From Ostreococcus lucimarinus (Eukaryota), in NCBI GenBank assembly GCA_000092065.1, contig CP000590.1: 64,000 nt of DNA. One strand, 5' to 3'. The notes beneath the pieces were generated by a model. The model ran no database searches, was not told where the DNA came from, and saw only the letters and a program-made list of their open reading frames with translations. Positions 59,680-64,000 of this stretch are shown piece after piece; positions within the stretch are counted from its first letter, which is position 1, and each line of letters begins with the position of its first letter. The position numbers and the translations under genes were made by a program.

Positions 59680-62600
59680 TCATTTTTTCGTTTTCGACGA
59701 CGGGGCGCTTTTCAGCGCACAGGAATTCACCTTAGCCGCGAATCGCAAAGAACATATGGTCTCCTGAGCGCTTTCTAGAGACGGCGAGACGTTGACCAAC
59801 ATCAACGTTTTACAATCGCCGCCGAGTGAATTTTTGAGCAAATACGTCAACTTTGAGTTGCGGAACGGAATGTGCTTTTCCTTGCTCGCCAAGGCAAAGA
59901 TGACGTCACCAAGACTTGAGAGAGATTTATTGATGGCTTGCGCTTCTTTGAGACGATCACCCGTGGCGCCCGTGCGGCTTAATCGTTCGCTCCCGGCCAA
60001 ATCAACCAAATTGAGCGCGCCGTGGATTGGTTCACCCGCTTCGTTGACGCCGTCCAAGCAAAGTCGCATAACCATGTGCGATCGCGAGCTTCGATCGTTC
60101 ATATTCGTCTTCGCTACAGCGCGAGCAGCGTTGGCTTGTTGCATCAATGACTCAACCTCCGCCGCAGAAAAAACCTCAACTTCGCACAAGTTCGTCACGC
60201 GAGTGTTTCCGTCGTCGTCGTGCTTAATCTTGTACTCAATCTTCGCACCCGGCGACGACGCGAGCAAATCTCGAATGTCTTCGTTGTAAATCTCAAGCAG
60301 TGTGGCGGTGATGGACACTTTCAAGCCTTTGGACTCGAGCAAAGATTGTGAGGCGAAAATTTGTTCCATGGACCTCGGAATCAACCCACGCTCTTCGCCC
60401 TTACCGCCCAACATCGTGTACGTTTTACCGCTACCCGTTTGACCGTAAGTGAAGATGCAAACTTTGTAACCGTCCAACGCGCTTTGCACGAGCAAAGAAA
60501 CTTCATCGAAAACGTGCTTTTGACTGTCTTTCTTTGCGAAAACGCGATCGAACGTGAAATCATATTTTTTCGGCGCATCCGGAGGCGTGATTTCGAGTCG
60601 TCGGCCGGCAAATTCACCCTTGCGATCGATCGCGAGATTGGAATCGTCAAACGCACTCTCGTCTTCGGAAGACGGTCGAATGCGGCAGAACACTCGAATG
60701 TTGCCCTTCAACTCTTGAATGGTGTTGTGCAAGTGTCGGCGGGTCACCATGGCATGTAGAAGTTCTTCTTCGCGCGCGGCTAGCTGATCTTTCACCTCTT
60801 GCAGTCGAGCGATGAGCTGAGATGTGCTTCGCTCATCATTCACGATGTTGGCGAGCTGCATTTTGCACTTTGCCATCTCGTTTCCTTGCGCGGTGTGCGC
60901 GCGTTGAAGCGCGTCGAGCTGCTGTCTTACCGAGTTGGCGTCGTCGATAGCGTCTTGTGCCGCCATGGCTCTCGCGCGCTCATCCGCGGCACTTTGGTTT
61001 GCTTTTGCCAAAATTTTCTTCGCTTGACGCAGTTCTTCCTCCATCTCCCGTCGAGCTTCGACTTCCGAGCGCAATCGTTCGTCCAAGGTGGACTTTTCGA
61101 GGTTCAGCGTCTCAACTTTAGATTTGAAGCTCAACTTTTCTCCCTCCACGGTTTGAATGAAGTGCTTGAGCGATGATATTTCGTTTTCCATTTGCTCCTT
61201 ATGATGCTTCAACTGTCGCGCCTCCGCTTGAGCATCGGCGAGCTCGCTACCAAGTTTTGACAACTTGGGATCAAGCGCGTCTTTGCTCGCGCGAGTGGCG
61301 ATTAATTCTGCGTTCAAACGCGTAGATTCAAGCTCGGATGCGTTGGCGCGTTCGGTTTGCGTGGCAACCTTGTGCTCGGCCACGCGCAAAGATTCGGTGA
61401 GCTTGACGATTTTCGCATCAAGCGACTCTTTTGAAGTCGTCATCGATCGCAGTTCGCGCTCTGTCGTCTCGACGCGTTTCGCGCTCGCCTTGAGCTTCTC
61501 TTCCACCGCCGCGAGCTGCGGCTTCAACTGTTCAATCTCAGCAGTCAGGGTATTAAACTGCTCCTGCGCGGTGTTTCGTTCGACGCGTGCGCGTTGTAAA
61601 TCAGCTGTTGCGTGATTATGTGCGTCCTCTGCTCGACGCGCGCGTTCCTCCGCGGCTTCGGCTTCGCTCGCGCTTTTGGCGGCTTTTGATCGCGCGTCGA
61701 CGGCGTCCTCGAGCGCTCGCGTCATCGCCTGAGAACTCCCATCTTTCTCCGCGCGCGTTTTCGCGAGTTCATTGTGCAGACGATCAGTCTTCTCGCGCAT
61801 ACTCTCCCGCTCCGTCGCGTGTTCGTTCGCTTGCTGCTGCAAAGCCTCGACTTGCATCTCTAATCCACTCTTTTCCCCTCGAAGGGTGCCGATGTCTGTC
61901 GTTAACTTTGACTTATCCTCTTGCAACATCGCATTCGACGTTTTCATCTCTTCCATCTCCGCATTCGTCTCGCTCAATGTCTTCTTTAACACCGCAATTT
62001 CCTGCTCCAAGCGCTCGACCTCTTCTTGCAATCTATCCGCTCTCTCCACCGCGGCTTCGGCTTCGACGCGCGCGCGCTCCGCCGCCTCCTGCGCGTCTTT
62101 CCGTTCACGCTCAGCCTCTCCTTTCGCCCGCTCGCTCGATCTTACCCCCTCGTTCGCCTTCTTTGCCCGTTCTTCCAACCGTTCCTGTTCCTCGATCGCC
62201 TCTCGCAACCGTATCTCAACGTTCGCCTTCCCCTCCTCCGCGACGCGCAACGACTCTCGAATCGCCGCCGCCGCGCGTTCGTGCTTGGCGTCGCAATTCG
62301 CCAGCTCCACCCGCGCATCCATCATCCGTCCCATCAGTTCCCGCACCGCCGGTTTCAACTCCCCCAAGTACGCATCACACGCCTTCGCCTTACCGACCTT
62401 ATCAAACTTATCCTTCCCTCGCGGATTCTTTCCCAGCAGCGCCTCCAGCGCCTCGTCTCGCGCGTCCGCCGTCACTCGCACCGCCACCTCCTCCCCGCCT
62501 CCCACCGATCGGCACGACGCCGTCGATCGCGCGCACGACTGCAACACCATCCCTCCCCGCGTCGTCGCGCTCACCTCGCGTTTCGTTCGCTTCGGCGTCG

Positions 62601-62775
62601 TCTGTTCCGTCGTCGTTTCGTTTACTCGTTTCGTCGTCATCGTCCCATCTCCATCGCTCTCGACGCCCGTTCGCGCGTCGTTCTCCTTCCCGCGTCGTTC
62701 GCGCGCGTCCAAAACGTGCGTCTGCGGGCGCGGGATGCGCGTGCGGAAGCCGCGGTCGCGCCGCCGGTCGTCCAT
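59680..62775 (-). CDS. Kinesin-14 (C-terminal motor; KIFC1/NCD/KAR3/ATK-like)
   Basis: About 650-aa coiled-coil stalk, then a C-terminal motor: GNIRVFCRIRP, IFTYGQTGSGKTYTM, SSRSHMV, LVDLAGSERL. Confidence 0.9.
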   Translation of the reverse strand: MDDRRRDRGFRTRIPRPQTHVLDARERRGKENDARTGVESDGDGTMTTKRVNETTTEQTTPKRTKREVSATTRGGMVLQSCARSTASCRSVGGGEEVAVRVTADARDEALEALLGKNPRGKDKFDKVGKAKACDAYLGELKPAVRELMGRMMDARVELANCDAKHERAAAAIRESLRVAEEGKANVEIRLREAIEEQERLEERAKKANEGVRSSERAKGEAERERKDAQEAAERARVEAEAAVERADRLQEEVERLEQEIAVLKKTLSETNAEMEEMKTSNAMLQEDKSKLTTDIGTLRGEKSGLEMQVEALQQQANEHATERESMREKTDRLHNELAKTRAEKDGSSQAMTRALEDAVDARSKAAKSASEAEAAEERARRAEDAHNHATADLQRARVERNTAQEQFNTLTAEIEQLKPQLAAVEEKLKASAKRVETTERELRSMTTSKESLDAKIVKLTESLRVAEHKVATQTERANASELESTRLNAELIATRASKDALDPKLSKLGSELADAQAEARQLKHHKEQMENEISSLKHFIQTVEGEKLSFKSKVETLNLEKSTLDERLRSEVEARREMEEELRQAKKILAKANQSAADERARAMAAQDAIDDANSVRQQLDALQRAHTAQGNEMAKCKMQLANIVNDERSTSQLIARLQEVKDQLAAREEELLHAMVTRRHLHNTIQELKGNIRVFCRIRPSSEDESAFDDSNLAIDRKGEFAGRRLEITPPDAPKKYDFTFDRVFAKKDSQKHVFDEVSLLVQSALDGYKVCIFTYGQTGSGKTYTMLGGKGEERGLIPRSMEQIFASQSLLESKGLKVSITATLLEIYNEDIRDLLASSPGAKIEYKIKHDDDGNTRVTNLCEVEVFSAAEVESLMQQANAARAVAKTNMNDRSSRSHMVMRLCLDGVNEAGEPIHGALNLVDLAGSERLSRTGATGDRLKEAQAINKSLSSLGDVIFALASKEKHIPFRNSKLTYLLKNSLGGDCKTLMLVNVSPSLESAQETICSLRFAAKVNSCALKSAPSSKTKK

Positions 62776-62844
62776 GCGTCGACTTTTGGCGACGATTCGT
62801 CGTTTGAAGAGAATGTCGCTTTAGTTCCCCCTCACTGACGCGCG

Positions 62845-63105
62845 ATGTGCGCGCGCGCGAATCGTCCGCGCGTCGCGCGGACGCGCGCCGCGAGCGACGC
62901 GCGCGCGAGCGATGACGCGCGCGGCGCGCGCGCGCGAGCGACGGCGCGCGCGGCGCGGTCGACGCGGCGGGAGGTTTTGATCGGGACCGGCGCGGGCGCG
63001 ATCGGCGCGGCGACGAGGGACGCGCGCGCGGCGCCGAGCGCGCGGCTCGCGAGCGTCGGCGAACTGGGAATAGGGACGTGGAGTTGGGGAAACACCGCGG
63101 TGTGG
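62845..63105 (+). CDS. Aldo-keto reductase, exon 1 (presequence plus the GELGIGTWSWGN motif); phase-0 donor GTGCGT at 63106
   Basis: LASVGELGIGTWSWGNTAVW is the AKR N-terminal motif; the ORF then stops at 63136 in this frame. Confidence 0.7.
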
Positions 63106-63194
63106 GTGCGTCGCGACGACGCGACGACGCGATGACGCGGGAGCGATGAGTGATGGACGACGCGACTGACGAAGCGCGAGGGCGCGACGCGTAG

Positions 63195-64000
63195 GATTAC
63201 GACGAGTCCATGGATCCCGAACTCGAACGCGTGTTTAATCGCGCGGTCGAGGCGGGGGTGAAACTTTTCGATACGGCGGATTCGTACGGAACCGGGGCGG
63301 GATTCGACGGGCGAAGCGAGACGCTGCTCGGGCGGTTTCTGAAAAACTGCCCGAGCGATGAGGCGAAGGATGTCATCCTGGCGACGAAGCTGGCGCCGTT
63401 TCCGTGGCGGGTGACGAGTGGAAGCTTTGTGAAGGCGGCGAGGGAAAGCGCGGCGCGGTTGCAGTTGGAGAAGATTCCGCTCGGGCAGTTGCACTGGTCG
63501 ACGGGAAACTACCAACCGTTGCAGGAGGGGGCGCTGTGGGCGGGGATCGCCGACGCGTACGATGAGGGCGTCATCGGTGCCGTGGGGTTGTCGAATTACG
63601 GACCGAAACAATTAAGGAAGATTCACAAGTACATGAGCGCGCGAGGGGTGCCGATTTCGACGTTGCAGGTGCAATATCATTTGCTGAGTCGATTTCCAGA
63701 GCTGAACGGCACCAAGGAGACGTGCGACGAACTGGGCATTAAGCTCATCGCGTACAGCCCGCTCGCCTTGGGGTTACTCACCGGAAAGTATAGCGTAGAA
63801 AATCCACCACCAGGGATTCGTGGGGTGGCGTACAAAGGGGTGCTACCGCCGCTCCCGACGCTTTTAGAAACCATGCGAGAAGTCGGCGATGCGCACGGCG
63901 GCAAGACGCTTCCGCAAGTCGCTCTCAACTGGTGCATGTGCAAGGACACTGTGCCTATTCCGGGCGCGAAAAATATGCGTCAACTCGAAGACAACCTCGG
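63195..64000 (+). CDS. Aldo-keto reductase, exon 2 (partial; continues past the window end). Intron 63106..63194 (89 nt, GACTGAC branch, tag acceptor).
   Basis: DYDESMDPELERVFNRAVEAGVKLFDTADSYG (DTAxxYG motif)...HWSTGNY...GLSNYGP...AYSPLALGLLTGKY...LNWCMCKDTVPIPGAKN. An in-frame TAG at 63192 means the exon must begin at the AG. Confidence 0.8.

Noticed and set aside
62845-63135. Stand-alone 96-aa ORF treated as a separate small gene
   Set aside because: It contains the AKR N-terminal GIGTWSWG motif. It is followed by a GTGCGT donor, and an 89-nt intron joins it in frame to the downstream DTADSYG-containing exon. It is exon 1 of the aldo-keto reductase, not an independent gene.
1-64000. Prokaryotic interpretation: operons, defence islands such as CRISPR, restriction-modification or toxin-antitoxin, and mobile elements
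   Set aside because: The genes have spliceosomal introns, eukaryotic-only products (kinesin, Nup50, TFIIS, VPS4, WEE1) and TGTAA poly(A) signals. Orientation alternates without operon structure. I found no repeat-spacer arrays, IS-like inverted repeats or integrase/transposase genes. The NPPY methyltransferase has no adjacent restriction endonuclease.

Overview
This window is eukaryotic nuclear DNA, not prokaryotic. It is GC-rich (roughly 65%) and very gene-dense: about 40 protein-coding genes on both strands, with intergenic gaps of 30-350 bp. Spliceosomal introns are short (89-185 nt), with donor GTGMGT, an ACTGAC-like branch motif and a YAG acceptor. Downstream of many stop codons there is a green-algal TGTAA polyadenylation motif. 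Between two genes there is a plant-type telomere-like telo-box, AAACCCTAAACCCTAAAC. The gene content is a mix of core eukaryotic machinery (cytosolic SRP54, TFIIS, VPS4, DNA ligase I with a PIP box, DNA2, PrimPol, REV1, WEE1, kinesin-14, a Nup50-like RanBD nucleoporin, ALG13, TRM10, ESF2/ABT1) and many organelle-targeted proteins of bacterial type (HSP60 with a GGM tail, TRAP1/HtpG-like HSP90, EngB, RsgA, YbbN-like thioredoxin, biotin synthase, a 2-oxoglutarate carrier). There are also a CP12-like protein and a CBM20 starch-binding protein. Together these point to a compact chlorophyte picoalga genome, Mamiellophyceae/Micromonas-like; that assignment is inference. I found no CRISPR array, prokaryotic operon, defence island or integrated virus. 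The long arginine-rich ORFs in the supplied track are GC-driven shadow ORFs, and several track ORFs start at TTG.

The most interesting items are:
1. An unannotated 51-codon ORF with 16 cysteines that looks like a metallothionein (19322..19477).
2. A 1440-aa RND/Patched-type sterol-sensing-domain transporter with a canonical EF-hand and an extensin-like (SPPPP)n stretch in its second extracytoplasmic loop.
3. A protein carrying two copies of the CP12 N-terminal Cys-pair/AWEEVEEL motif.
4. A 68-bp tandem repeat (about 2.8 copies) with an ACGT core and a TATTTAAGG box upstream of DNA2.
5. An orphan NPPY-motif methyltransferase.
6. A BRCT-less REV1 immediately downstream of LIG1.
7. Divergent gene pairs whose ATGs overlap at a CATG palindrome, and convergent pairs whose 3' ends sit 32-40 bp apart.
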